Origin: Octopus bimaculoides
Taxonomy: Eukaryota
DNA length: 38,638 nt
Direction: 5' to 3'
Assembly (NCBI RefSeq): GCF_001194135.2
Contig: NC_068981.1
Span: 103,402,448 to 103,441,085 of the forward strand
In this document: positions 1 through 11,527 of the stretch, one piece after another
How positions within the stretch are numbered: the stretch's first letter is position 1
How the letters are laid out: every line of letters begins with the position of its first letter
Position numbers and translations under genes: made by a program
Notes under the pieces: model-generated
Seen by the model: the letters and a program-made list of their open reading frames with translations, nothing else
Database searches by the model: none
What the model was told of the DNA's origin: nothing

Positions 1-447
1 GTTTGGCCGTACGGCTTTTGAATGTTGTTTTCACTGTCCAATTTTTCCTGTCTTGGTTTGTGTTTGCCACCTTGGAATCCTCTGTGTAGTGGGTTGATCC
101 ACTACTCAGGAAGAGACTATTCTAGAGTCTTATCTTCGAAACGTCAGGTTAGAATAGAGACAGCTGATGAAGTAATATTCCAAGTGGCTTTCCGTTTTCC
201 TATGTGTTCGTTCCGTTGTCTGTAGTTCATTGTTCTAACGTCCTGTACCCTGATATGCATATATATACACATGTAGATGTAAGTATGTACATATATGTCT
301 GTATACATGTATATATATTCTTTGTATTATATATATATATATACATACATATATATCGGGAATGCATGTATGTATGTATGTATACGTTGGGATAGCACAG
401 AGTTTCTGTCTCGCAAATTTCACTTAAAATTACTGGACAATCTGTAG

Positions 448-760
448 CTATAGTGAAGGGCAGAGAGCGCAGGAGATGCAGCAGATGACATTCGTAGAAG
501 TGCAGGTGAAGGAGTCGGTGATATGATAGGGTCGATGATGAGTGCCGGTGAGGATGGTGGTGTTGGAGAGGTAAAGGAAAGTGCGGCAGCGTGTGCGGGA
601 GTAGGGGAACGAGCCAGGTTGGGTGATTGGGTTAGGGAAGAAGCTGTGGACCAAGGGGTTTCGTAGGTTGTGGGCTCGTTTGAATGAGGGGAGGGGTCGG
701 ATTGGAGTTGCTGGAAGGCTCGGAGAATGGTGCGTTGGAGAGGTAGGGTGGTGGGATGGT
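448..760 (-). mobile_element. Penelope-like element fragment: Cys-rich linker plus start of GIY-YIG endonuclease, truncated
   Basis: Translation SFKRAHNLRNPLVHS...PGSFPYSRTRCRTFLYL...TTILTG...YHITDSFTCTSTNVICCISCALCPSL* follows the PLE pattern KR..NLR..LV.S / PG.FPC...RC..C / FTC.S.NVIY.I.C..C...YIG. It stops exactly where YIG is expected. The upstream part runs into an N gap. Confidence 0.8.
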
Positions 761-1249
761 AGGTGAGGGGAAACGGGAGACGGGAGACGGGAGACAGGAG
801 ACGGCGTGGCGGGGGCGGGGGAGAGAGAAGATGCNNNNNNNNNNNNNNNNNNNNNNNNNNNNNNNNNNNNNNNNNNNNNNNNNNNNNNNNNNNNNNNNNN
901 NNNNNNNNNNNNNNNNNNNNNNNNNNNNNNNNNNNNNNNNNNNNNNNNNNNNNNNNNNNNNNNNNNNNNNNNNNNNNNNNNNNNNNNNNNNNNNNNNNNN
1001 NNNNNNNNNNNNNNNNNNNNNNNNNNNNNNNNNNNNNNNNNNNNNNNNNNNNNNNNNNNNNNNNNNNNNNNNNNNNNNNNNNNNNNNNNNNNNNNNNNNN
1101 NNNNNNNNNNNNNNNNNNNNNTTTCTATCCCTAAAATGTTGACTTCAACAGAATTTGTACTCAGAGTACAAGGTATTCTATTCGATACTCTAACCACATT
1201 ACCAATTTACCGTTTACAACGGCAGTAAAACAAATGACTACCGAAAGAG

Positions 1250-1455
1250 CGAACATAAATGCAGCTGCTCCACATCTCACAAAAAATCTCTATCAAATCT
1301 CTATTACAAACAAGAAAGCAGTCTATATATGACGTATTCCTAGCTACCCTTCGGATAGGTGTATGGCTTATAGTTGGTATGCTTTTGATGATTAGCTAGC
1401 TCGATCAGGATTCGCCTAGGGTTAAAAGTAGCAACAAGAAAAGCAACAAGAAACA
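1250..1455 (+). mobile_element. AAC/AAG-tailed interspersed repeat (family C), degenerate 3' part
   Basis: GCTTTTGATGATTAGCTAGCTCGATCAGGATTCGCCTAGGGTTAAAAGTAGCAACAAG resembles the ends of copies at 34460-34527, 37920-37980 and 14340-14440 (reverse). Confidence 0.4.
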
Positions 1456-2622
1456 AACTCAGTCAATTTATTTCAAAATACAGGATCTAAATTACATAAT
1501 ACATTAAATATATTTGCTCCATCGCTTCACTGTCTCTACCAACATACAAAACCCCATCTCTCTCTACTCTAGTAAATATTGATTAAGCTTGTTCTATTTC
1601 AGGCTGCCGTTGTCCAGATTTCATGCAGTCTAGGTAAATATTACAACGTTGCTATTCTAATATAATATCATACACAAGAATGCTTCAGTTATATGTTCAA
1701 AGGCTGATGGGGTTGCAAAAGTCACATTTTACTGTCTCGCTCGCGACATGTCACGACATTCTCTTCGTGATGGAATATTTGTTGAGTTACCGCGAATTAT
1801 TCTATCATTCTATAAATACTATTTTAGTCGCTTTTTATTTATTTTTTTTTTTCGGTGAACACGAACTCTGTACATCCGTACGGGAGCAAGTACATGACTA
1901 AACGTATGTATATACATATATGCTTATTTGTTTTAAACTGCAAATATATCTTTATCTATATATGTGTGCATGAGTGTATGTGTGTGTGCGTGCGTGTGTG
2001 TGTATGTGTGTGTGTGTGTGCACGGGAAGAAGAGAGACAGAGACAGTAAGTCTGAGTGATATAGATATCAACACTTTTACATATGTAGACTCTTGTATGT
2101 ATAAGTCTGTATATATACTTTTATATGTGCGTGTATATGTACACATATATGCATATACATATATATACTCTCATATAATATGATTTGGGGTTCAATCTCA
2201 CTGCATGACACATTGAGCAAGAGCCTTCCAGTATAGCAACAGATTGTCCAATCATTTTAAAGGAAATTTGCGCTATCCCAACGCATACATACATACATAC
2301 ATACATACATACTTACGTACGTACATACATACATACATGCATACACATGTACTGTTTGCTGTTGTTGCTCAACCTGTTCACAACAGCAAAACACTTAATC
2401 ACTGTTGGACTCTACACATTTGACAGTGTAAGATTTCTTTCAACCAAATGTAAAAGCCGATAAAGTTAAACTTGAAGTGTCGGTTAACTCAGAATCATAC
2501 ATTTATCTGCATATATATATATGACAAAAAGAGAGGAATTTCGATTATCCCGAATAAAGAAGGAAAATGCACACACTTCACGTAGTTTTAATATATTTTT
2601 TTAATATATCTTATATTGTGTT

Positions 2623-2655
2623 TTTCGACCGGTTTCGTTTTTGCTAATCATGAAA
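2623..2655 (-). ncRNA. Degenerate minimal type I hammerhead-like motif
   Basis: Minus strand reads TTTC-ATGATTA-G(CAAAAA)C-GAAA-CCGG-TC-GAAA: 4 bp stem I, palindromic ACCGGT stem III, GUC triplet; core has C3A and G8U changes. Confidence 0.5.
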
Positions 2656-3463
2656 TTGAAATTATTGTAATTTCGTATTTTCTTAAGAAGATTTTAGTCC
2701 ATGTTGTGGGTGGAGAAGTTTGTGAATGAATGCTTGAACAAGTGGAAAAATCTAAGGGGAGGTAATTGGAGATCATTATTATTGAGGCAACTGCTCATCT
2801 TTCGAGGAGGGGATAAATAAATATACACAAAAACCTAAAAGCTAAAGTAGTGAGAAGAATATGTACAGTGATGAGTATGTGATCATGAATTAAAATATAC
2901 ACTGAGATCAAAGTTGATTATGCGTTCATATTTAGACGTGTTCTATATTTTTCGAAGAACAAAATTTCTTTATTTAAACATTCTTGTATAGAAATTGTTT
3001 CTTTGCACTAGTAGTTGGGGAAAACCCTGAAGCTTCTAATATCATGGAATTTTTCATGAAGTGTTTTGCCTTTTTTCTGCCAGCCATAGTGTGCATCATA
3101 TATTAGAGATGCTAAAAATCAAGTATTGTCTGTACTTTACTTTTATGACTAACATGCCCCTTGTGTTAGACATTAAGTATTGCAAGCAGCCTTCTGATGT
3201 AACACCAGTCCAGAGACTTCCGCATGGTCGGCTGCGGTTTCAACGTTCACAGCCATATAGAAGAACATACCCTAATATCTCATAGAAGCTGAGTTTGTTA
3301 TTTCAGGTGTGGTTGAAGTTCGATAAACTTACTATATCATTCAGATCTTTTCATGCAAGTTCCTTCCACACTTTGAGATCTTGCGACCGCCAAGTGATTC
3401 GCCTCTTGAAACTATAGCCTGAGAATGAATCAAAAGACATTTGACTAGCGGAGAATGGGTCAA

Positions 3464-3506
3464 CTTTTAACTAGTTTCGTCAATTTGTAAGACTCCTCAG
3501 GAATAG
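3464..3506 (-). ncRNA. Minimal hammerhead motif with intact core and weak stem I
   Basis: Minus strand reads CTATTC-CTGAGGA-GTC(TTACAAATT)GAC-GAAA-CTAG-TT-AAAAG: exact CUGANGA and GAAA, G-C closed stem II, palindromic AACTAGTT stem III; the first stem I pair is a mismatch. Confidence 0.5.
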
Positions 3507-3626
3507 CGCATTGCATCTCTAAACTAAGAAAGTTGTGAAATAAACTACCCTTGACATAATGTCATTTACTTCGTGGCACAAATCTGGCAAAGGTACAATG
3601 TTATTAGGAATAAAAGTGTATACATA

Positions 3627-3829
3627 GGTGCAGGCTGTGTGGTAAGAAGCTTGTTTGCCAACCACATGGATTTGGGTCCGGTCCTACTGCGTGGAACCTT
3701 GGGCAAGTGTCTTCTACTATAGCCTCGGGCAGACCAAAGCCTTGTGAGTGAATTTGGTAGACGGAAACTGAAAGAAACTTGTCGTATATGTGTGTGTGTT
3801 TGTTTGTGTGTGTGTGTATGTGTGTGTGT

Positions 3830-3876
<47 letters not shown>

Positions 3877-4090
3877 CGTCCCCCACCATCGCTTGACAAC
3901 CGATGCTGGTAACTTAGCGGTTCTGCAAAAAGGGACCGATAGAAAAAGTACTCAGTTTTCAAAGAATAGTCCTGGGGTCGATTTTTTTAGACTAAAATAC
4001 CCTTTAAGGCAGTGCTCCAGCATGGCCGCAGTCACACTGCCGAAACAAATAAAAGAATGAAAGAATAAAAGAATGAAAGAATAAAAGAAT
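3627..4090 (+). mobile_element. tRNA-derived SINE with CORE-like block and internal (TG)n (family B), full length
   Basis: Head TGTGTGGTAAGAAGCTTG...GGGTCCGGTCCTACTGCGTGG, CORE-like ACCTTGGGCAAGTGTCTT, internal (TG)n, shared 3' body GTCCCCACCATCGCTTGACAACCG...GCTCCAGCATGGCCGCAGTC and (GAATAAAA)-type tail. Near-identical architecture at 7229, 12781 and 27790. Confidence 0.9.
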
Positions 4091-5050
4091 AATACAATTA
4101 TTCAATTTTAAACTTATCTAAGTAATTTCAAATGACATCAATACCTTCACTTATCCTTGTTATCTTCACAGGTATCGATGAATGAATTTTTAAAAATGTG
4201 TTTAAATGTTCTTTTTGAAGTGAGAAAAACAGCAGAAGATTGAACAAAGTGCTTAAAGGTATTTAACTTCCTTTCTTTACATTTTATATTCAAATTCTTT
4301 CCATGTTGACTTCGTTTTTCCTCCCCACGAGCACTATAAATAGATAACAGTCAAGTGCTGGAGTCATTTTAATCATTCATATCACCTCCGAAAATCTGAG
4401 GCATATGTTAGAAATCATTATATTTTAGAAAATGTCATAATCAAAATAATGTGTAGCATAGCTCCTTAAATACAACAAAAATATTCTTTCTCTCTATATC
4501 TACCAATTTGTTATTTATCAAAAATAGATAAAAAGAATTCAACGAGAAATTACCATTACACGGATAGAGCACATTCTAATTTATCTTCTCTTTCTAAACT
4601 CCTCTAAACTGTGCAATCTTTTTTTATACTTTGCCCTTCAAGGTTACCATATTTAGACAACTGACGTGATGTAAGAATGTGTGTGTGTGCATGGAAGTGT
4701 GTATAAATGTATATATGAATATATGTACGTACATGAGTGTGTATACATGCTTGAGTTATTATATAAGCATCTCTGTTTTTGTGATTTTGTGATTATGTGA
4801 ATATTTATGTGCGTACATCTGTGTGTGTATGTGTGTGTGTGTGTGAATATTTATGCGTAGGCAAACCAATTTAACAAATGGCTTGGTTGTTGCTTCAACT
4901 GGTTAGTAGAAACGACAGACTTACAGATTTTGTGAAATAGCAATGGTCACTAGAGAAATGGTCACGTCAGGAACAGTTGTGAAGGACGGTAATAGAGGAA
5001 GACGAAGAAAGAAGGTGGTGAAAAGAGGAAGAGGAGGGGAGGGAGAAAAA

Positions 5051-5325
<275 letters not shown>

Positions 5326-5777
5326 ATATTCCCGCGTATAGGAAGTTCCAACCAACCATATCTCACGAAGAAATCGTATTACGGTCAATGCCACAATATA
5401 TAATGTCACAGTCTATCTCGCAGTAAATTTGTTACTATGATCGGTGCAGCTCGCGAGTATAAATAACAGGAGTTGGGTAAACAGCGAGATAACGTATAGT
5501 TACCCAGTGTTTCGTAAAATTGCGTCGCTGGGCTCAGTTATCGAATGCATTCGAATTTATGTACTAAAATGTATCTTCATGTGACACACGAAATCTATCT
5601 TCATCAGTAACCGTCCTTCATAATTGTTGTTGACATAATCATTCCTCTAGTGACCATTGCTATTACAGACACTCTGAATGTCTGAGGTTTCTGCCAGCCA
5701 GTAGATGTAATAACAAAGCCATTTGTTAAATTGGTTTGCCTACTCATGGACATTTGTAGTCACATTTACAAATAAAT

Positions 5778-6065
5778 ACACACGCACACACTCACACACA
5801 CACACGCACATACGCACACACACGCGCGCGCGCGCACACACACACACGCACACACGCACGCACACACACACACACGCACACACACACACATACACACACA
5901 CAACGGCTCAGATATACACACACATGCACATATATATTTACACGCACGCGCACGCGCACGCACACAGGAACGCACAAGTGTGTTCACATATTTACACACA
6001 CACATGATTGCACATTTATACAGACATGCTCATACGTTTACTCAAGCACATGCACACATACACAT
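5778..6065 (+). repeat. (CA)n/(CG)n/(CACG)n compound microsatellite
   Basis: Read directly. Confidence 0.9.
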
Positions 6066-6122
6066 ATACACGATCACAGATACAAAGTCATATACACTAG
6101 CTTGCATATATGTCCATAGATA

Positions 6123-6895
6123 CATGATGGCCGTCCACTCGTGACCGAGGAAGACCATTGCTGACCTTTAGGAACATTGTGCGCCCTAGGACTAACTTAT
6201 ATCTTGCATTTGCAGCTCCGTTGGTGGCNNNNNNNNNNGACTAACTTATATCTTGCATTTGCAGCTCCGTTGGTGGCTAATGAGCCCTGCTCTTGACAAG
6301 CATACACGACTGCAAACATTGCAAACCAAGCTTTCCCCATTCACCACGCCAGCAGTGCGCTTTCATATCGAGCAGAGGTCAGCAATGCCAGTGCAGAGTT
6401 TTAGGTCCAATAAGGCTTGCATGGCACCACTCTATTGACATTATCCAGTGACAAGCCAGAGCGAGATGTCTGGTGCTAATATGAGTCGCAGGCTCAGGGA
6501 TGTGGGAGCGCCATGATCTCTAGCACAAACCAAAGATCCCCAAAATCTCCAATGCCACGCCCTGCATATCTGGTTTTGTATCAGAGTGACTTTCTCCTAG
6601 AGACATGCTTCAACAGAAGCTAAGGGGTGCCTCACTCCCAGTGGTCTTCTAGCACACCGGACATGGACACCATCTCGGAATTTTTGCGTACCCGTGCTAT
6701 TGCTAGATAGACGTTGAGCCTGCACTAGGTTCATCCGACTTGTCAACAGGTCTAGTTTTTAATCCTGCTGGTTTCTAGCAACCCTCTTCACCAGGGTAGC
6801 CTGGTGGGGGTGCCAGTTTAATCACCGACAGCCCGACCATGCAACAGGTTGTACTGGATTCCATGTTGCCAGTAGCACTTATGAGAGCCTCATAA
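6123..6895 (-). mobile_element. RTE-type LINE derivative (UTR-like 5' part, C-terminal zinc finger, 3' tail), probably internally deleted
   Basis: Minus-strand translation at about 6245-6350 gives GVVNGESLVCNVCSRVCLSRAGLISHQRSCKCKI*, typical of RTE-clade C-termini. The 3' tail ATGGTCTTCCTCGGTCACGAGTGGACGGCCATCATGTA matches the tail at 22738-22780. Confidence 0.75.
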
Positions 6896-7228
6896 GTGAC
6901 CTGACATACATACATTCGTACATACACATATACATATATACATAAGTGGCCTGACATACATACATATATACTTGCATACATACATACATACATACATGAA
7001 AAGGAATTATATATGTCACAATGTGTCATCTCCATGTGACAAATTTATTTTGGAAGAACCTCCAAATCTCTTCAAATTACAGAAATTGCAACCAGAAATA
7101 GCAGAAACAATGGGGGAGGGTGTTGTTGTATGACCTCGATCTAGTTATCCTACGAACAAACGTTATTTCTATTCCTGTATCACCAAACTATCTTTGTTTT
7201 GTTTTTAATTTTTGTTTTGTTTTTTTCA

Positions 7229-7394
7229 GACAAGCGTTGCTGAGTGGTAAGTATCTTACTTCCCAACCACGTGGTTCCGGGTTCATTCCCATTGCGTGGC
7301 ACCTTGGGCAAGTGCTTTCTACTATATCCTCAAGCCAACCAAAGCCCTATGAATGGATTTGTTACACGGAGACTGAAGAAGCCCGCCATATATA

Positions 7395-7428
<34 letters not shown>

Positions 7429-7660
7429 TGTATGTGTGTGTGTGTGTGTGTGCGTGTCTTTGTTTCTCTTTGTCCCCCACCCACACCAATTGACAACCGG
7501 TGTAGGTGTGTTTACGACCCCGTAACTTAGCAGTTCGGCAAAGAGATTGATTGAATTAGTATCAGGTTTTTAAAATATAAGCACTGGGGTTTATTCGTTC
7601 GTCTAATATTCTTCAAGGCGATGCCCCAGTATGGCTACAATATGATGCTTGAAACAAAAG
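7229..7660 (+). mobile_element. tRNA-derived SINE family B, full length
   Basis: Same head, CORE-like block (ACCTTGGGCAAGTGCTTT), internal (TG)n and 3' body as 3627-4090. Confidence 0.9.
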
Positions 7661-8447
7661 ATTCATCTATAACTATTTACAGTACGTGACCTACCTATTT
7701 TCCTAAAATAGTATGAAAAGGAAAAGATGTAGCTACTATATTTAGCAAGTAGTTGACCACATGGAGGATCTTACCCTGCCTCCAATCAATCATCAAACCT
7801 GCATCGCGTAATTAGCTTGTCACAACCTTACTTAATTATGATGCTCGTACACATCGTAATTAACTAACAGTATAGTATGTTGTGTTAGTAACCACGATAC
7901 AAAGTGTATTGAGTTCAAATATCCCGACAGATATAGTTTAGATAAGGTGCATAGTTCTAAATAATCCATGATTTGTTACTATGCCACTAGTCAAATCCCT
8001 TCCCTGTACAACTGCATAGATCAGCAATATATATAAATAGGAAACATGGGTGTTAAAGATATCACCGATATTTTATGAGTCGTGTGTTTCATTAGCTGGC
8101 AGTACTAAAATTGGATCCTTTTATGAGCGTCCTTTGGTTGGAATGCGCCATTAGATTCTCCAGTTTCGTGTTGTAAAACCTCAATATCAAGTTGATTTCT
8201 CTTAGATTCTGCAATTTTCGTTGTGATACTTCAACGTCAGCTTAGCTTGATTAATTCTACGGCTTTCTATATAATGCCTCAACGGCAGGTTCATTTAATT
8301 TAGATTCTATAGTTTTCAGAAGGATGTTTCAACGTTAGGCTTCTGTAGCTTAACGATCCAGGAATATTTACGAATCTTGTCAAAACGCTCTTGACTCACC
8401 AGCTTTCTAGTAAAAGAAACGATATAAAATTCGAGCTTTTTCCCTCT

Positions 8448-8535
8448 AAATTATAATTTAGGATAAGATGGATATAAAATTATAATTTAGGATAAAATGG
8501 ATATAAATTATAATTTAGGACAAAATGAATATATA
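8448..8535 (+). repeat. Minisatellite, three copies of ~28-29 bp AAATTATAATTTAGGATAAAATGGATAT
   Basis: Three consecutive near-identical units read directly. Confidence 0.9.
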
Positions 8536-9439
8536 ACCTCAGTTTCAGTTTCTTCGTTAATATGGTGGGCTTTCTTCTGGTTGGTTTGAATATTCAGTTG
8601 TTTCATAAACTAAATTTCTACTCATGAAATTAACTTATGACGTATGAGTCTTTCATAGATATGTGGATATTTAACGTAAAACTCAGGTCTAATCAGCGTA
8701 ACATGATGTGACAAAGATGGTTCACTTACCATCCAGAGTGAAAAAAGATTCGATCTCAGTAACTTATTCACTGATACCATGAAAGTGGTTAAATACTAAG
8801 TTGCCTTCAGTAGCATATGAACTCTGAGAGTCGGAATGAGTGTCGCAATGCTATATTATCTAATTATACTATTTCACCGCCTTTTCAAAATCACGTTGAT
8901 TTTCTTTTCTATATATGTATTTTTTTTTCCTTTTCCATATATACGAGGCAGTGTGAGTGACGTATAGTTTTAATAATATACTACGAATGTGATATAAGTT
9001 CCTGGAAGGAAAGGAACTGAAGAAAATCACCAAAGGGAGAAGTACAGCAGCTGAATCAAGCCCAAAGGGGCTATAGTTGATAAGAGACCGCAAGTGGAAT
9101 CTGTTCGTGATCAAAGACTTGTTCAATCCTCACTGCCCACCACAGACGAAGCGTACAGGCTACGGGGCAAAACGCTTGTGGCCTTGAGATACCTACTAAC
9201 GATATGGAGAGGTTTCCAACTTTAGAAGAGCTTGGAAAATCTTTCAGTAGCTTATACAGTTTCCATGTTGTTCAAAGCATTTCTAATGTTTATTTTGCCT
9301 CTATCTTCATTAGTAGATTTCACTTCATTTAATCTTCAAACTCATAGGGAGAAATAATCTCGTTTACTTCGACTTTCTCTTAGCCTGTTACGTGGAGACG
9401 AAACTTTCTGTGACAATCCAACGACACACATTAATGAGT

Positions 9440-9632
9440 TGTTTTTATAGTTAAAGCGACATTACGAGTACGTTTGTCCTGCAAGAAATAGCAACCACAT
9501 CTTTATCAAGTCACATCATACTGTCTAATAAAAAGTAAATTTATGATAATATATTTATATTTGATGGTTATGGCGGGAATACATTTGATCATAGATTGCT
9601 CAGCTAGGGATGACCTAAATAATAATAACAAC
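9440..9632 (+). mobile_element. AAC-tailed interspersed repeat (family C), degenerate
   Basis: GCAAGAAATAGCAACCACATC and GGGAATACATTTGATCATAGATTGCTCAGCTAGGGATGACCTAAATAATAATAACAAC match blocks of the 34230-34527 copy. Confidence 0.55.
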
Positions 9633-10943
9633 TTCAGATTTAAATCCGAGGAAAAATGAGTGTGAGGCTTTCATTCTTTCGTAGGTGATATAATAATCAA
9701 CAGATTAAACATATATTTTCCAATACTTTTACTTCTGCGTTGAAGCTATTGAAGTGACTTTTTACTTAGTTACAAAAGCACATATTATTGGTAAAGGAAA
9801 TGTGTTTACATGATGTTTATTCCTTTCTCAATAGAATTAGTAACATAATCGAATTGGCTTCAGCTGGGAACTGAAACTACATCATAGAGTTGGTTTTTCC
9901 CTTAGGAGCTAACTTCATACTTGGAATCTATTAAGAATAAATGTCCCGTAACATGCTATGTAGCCTCTGTATTGAATATGAAATATTCCAATGATATTTT
10001 ATTTATTTTCGAAACCTACGATACGTCATTTAATCATAGCTCGCTCCTTCTCAATATCTCCTTTCACCTCAGCGTGCACAGAAGTCAATACTCATTGGCT
10101 GTTTCATTGAGATATATTGCGTGCGATATCTAAGTGATTCAAGTAGTAACTTCATCGGTTCTTATTGATTAGGATTATTTATGCCAAACAATCTACCATT
10201 TTCTATCCTTCATCTTTTACAAACACACACACACGCACGCACACACACACATACACATACATGCACACATATACACACACGTGTGTGTATCTGTGTTGTA
10301 TGTATTATCCATCTACCTACCTATATGTTGTATTTCTTCCGTTTACTCTGCCTTACTCTTTCTATCACTCTTTATTATACCATCCTTCCCTCTCTGTCTC
10401 CATCTGTCTCCAGCTCTTGCTCTTAGTACAACGTTGTTTCCAATGATACGTTACTAAATATATGTATCTCTCTCGCAGCATCGCTAAATAACAATTTTTC
10501 AACCAATCTCTAACGCTAGCTGTCAAACTGGTCAAATATGGCTGACGTGAGATATTTATATATATTTTCCTATTACGAATGATACGGAGGCATGGCTGGA
10601 AAATATAGCTAGATGAGATATGTAGATAAACAAACAGAAAAACAAGCAAACAATTGCTATGAGAAAAGTTAATAACATGGTAATGATTCGAGAAAAGAAA
10701 AAAAAAAATAACGCTACTTCAGTATTGTCGTAGTTGCCATATTTGGAGAACTATAATACATTGAGGAAGTGTAGTGGAAAGCAGAATAGATTGAGCGCCT
10801 TGTTGTATTGGTTACATTCTGATTTCATACCATTTCGAGGTTGACTTTGCTTTTCAAATACAAGGGGCTCGGTGAGAGTCGGCGAAATCAATTATACTCT
10901 TCCCCCACTTAATTCCTAGCCTTCTGACAATGCAAGTAAACAT

Positions 10944-11052
10944 CATCATCGTCATCGTCATCATCATCGTCGTCACCATCATCATCATCATCATCATCAT
11001 CATTATCATCATCATTATTATTACTATTCTCATCGTCGTCGTCGTCGTCGTC
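10944..11052 (+). repeat. (CAT)n/(CGT)n microsatellite
   Basis: Read directly. Confidence 0.95.
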
Positions 11053-11149
11053 ATCCAATCCTTTACTACTACTGCTGTTGTTTTTCATAACTCTAGATTA
11101 ACTACCAAACAGTTAAATTTTGCTTCTGTATATTCTGCGCTGTAATGTT

Positions 11150-11260
11150 GCCAGTGTCAACTTTGCTTTCATCCTTCCAGGGAAACGATAAAATTTTACA
11201 CTGAGATTAATATGATCGTCGATAATGCTCCTTCTCAGAAATGCTGTGGCCATATGCCAG
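11150..11260 (+). mobile_element. SINE family D remnant
   Basis: GTCAACTTTGCTTTCATCCTTCCAGGGAAACGATAAAATT resembles GTCGACCTTGTCTTTCATCCTTTCGGGGCTCGATAAATT of 12113-12332. Confidence 0.5.
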
Positions 11261-11361
11261 CCACCGTTAGACATTGTGGTACTTTTAGGTGATGATATTA
11301 TTTCAGTTAGTTTTGACCTATGCTCAGACGATATTGCAATCGTTCTCAGGACACTCCTGAT

Positions 11362-11527
11362 CAGGGCTGGCTCAAGGTACCAGTAACTCGGGCAGTCGCT
11401 CGTGGCACCATGTGCTAGGGGGCGCCAAAGAGGGTGTGACAAAGACAAGGAAATTTCCACGACCGCTAGCTTGTACACGCTGAAGTTCAATTTGCTCGGG
11501 GCGCCAGCAACTCTAGAGACAGCCCTA
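11362..11527. mobile_element. hAT-like MITE, 166 bp, with 8 bp TSD
   Basis: Ends CAGGGCTGGCTC and GAGACAGCCCTA are inverted at 10/12 positions; perfect direct repeat CTCCTGAT at 11354-11361 and 11528-11535; GC-rich interior in AT-rich flanks. Confidence 0.85.

Noticed and set aside
100-150. Hammerhead-like CTCAGGA-AGAGAC...GTCTTATCTTC-GAAACGTC-AGG next to the PLE fragment, plus a lone CTGATGA at about 164
   Set aside because: The core has C instead of G at the essential position 5, stem I does not pair, and a similar TCAGGAAGAGA stretch at about 13974 also has C. It may still be PLE terminal sequence, but it does not support a ribozyme call.
756-1228. Long ORFs spanning 835-1121
   Set aside because: They are open only because N runs translate as X; the same applies to ORFs across 18806-19215.
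6190-6280. Apparent 39 bp tandem duplication GACTAACTTATATCTTGCATTTGCAGCTCCGTTGGTGGC
   Set aside because: The two identical copies flank a 10-N gap, typical of an unmerged contig overlap.
8110-8410. Protein-like minus-strand stretches (KLVSQERFDKIRKYSW..., DVEVSQRKLQNLREINL...)
   Set aside because: Several stops and frameshifts and no recognisable motif; cannot be told apart from chance.
9060-9125. Possible very decayed hammerhead (TTGATAAGAG...GATCAAAGACTTG)
   Set aside because: No GAAA and no consistent stems.
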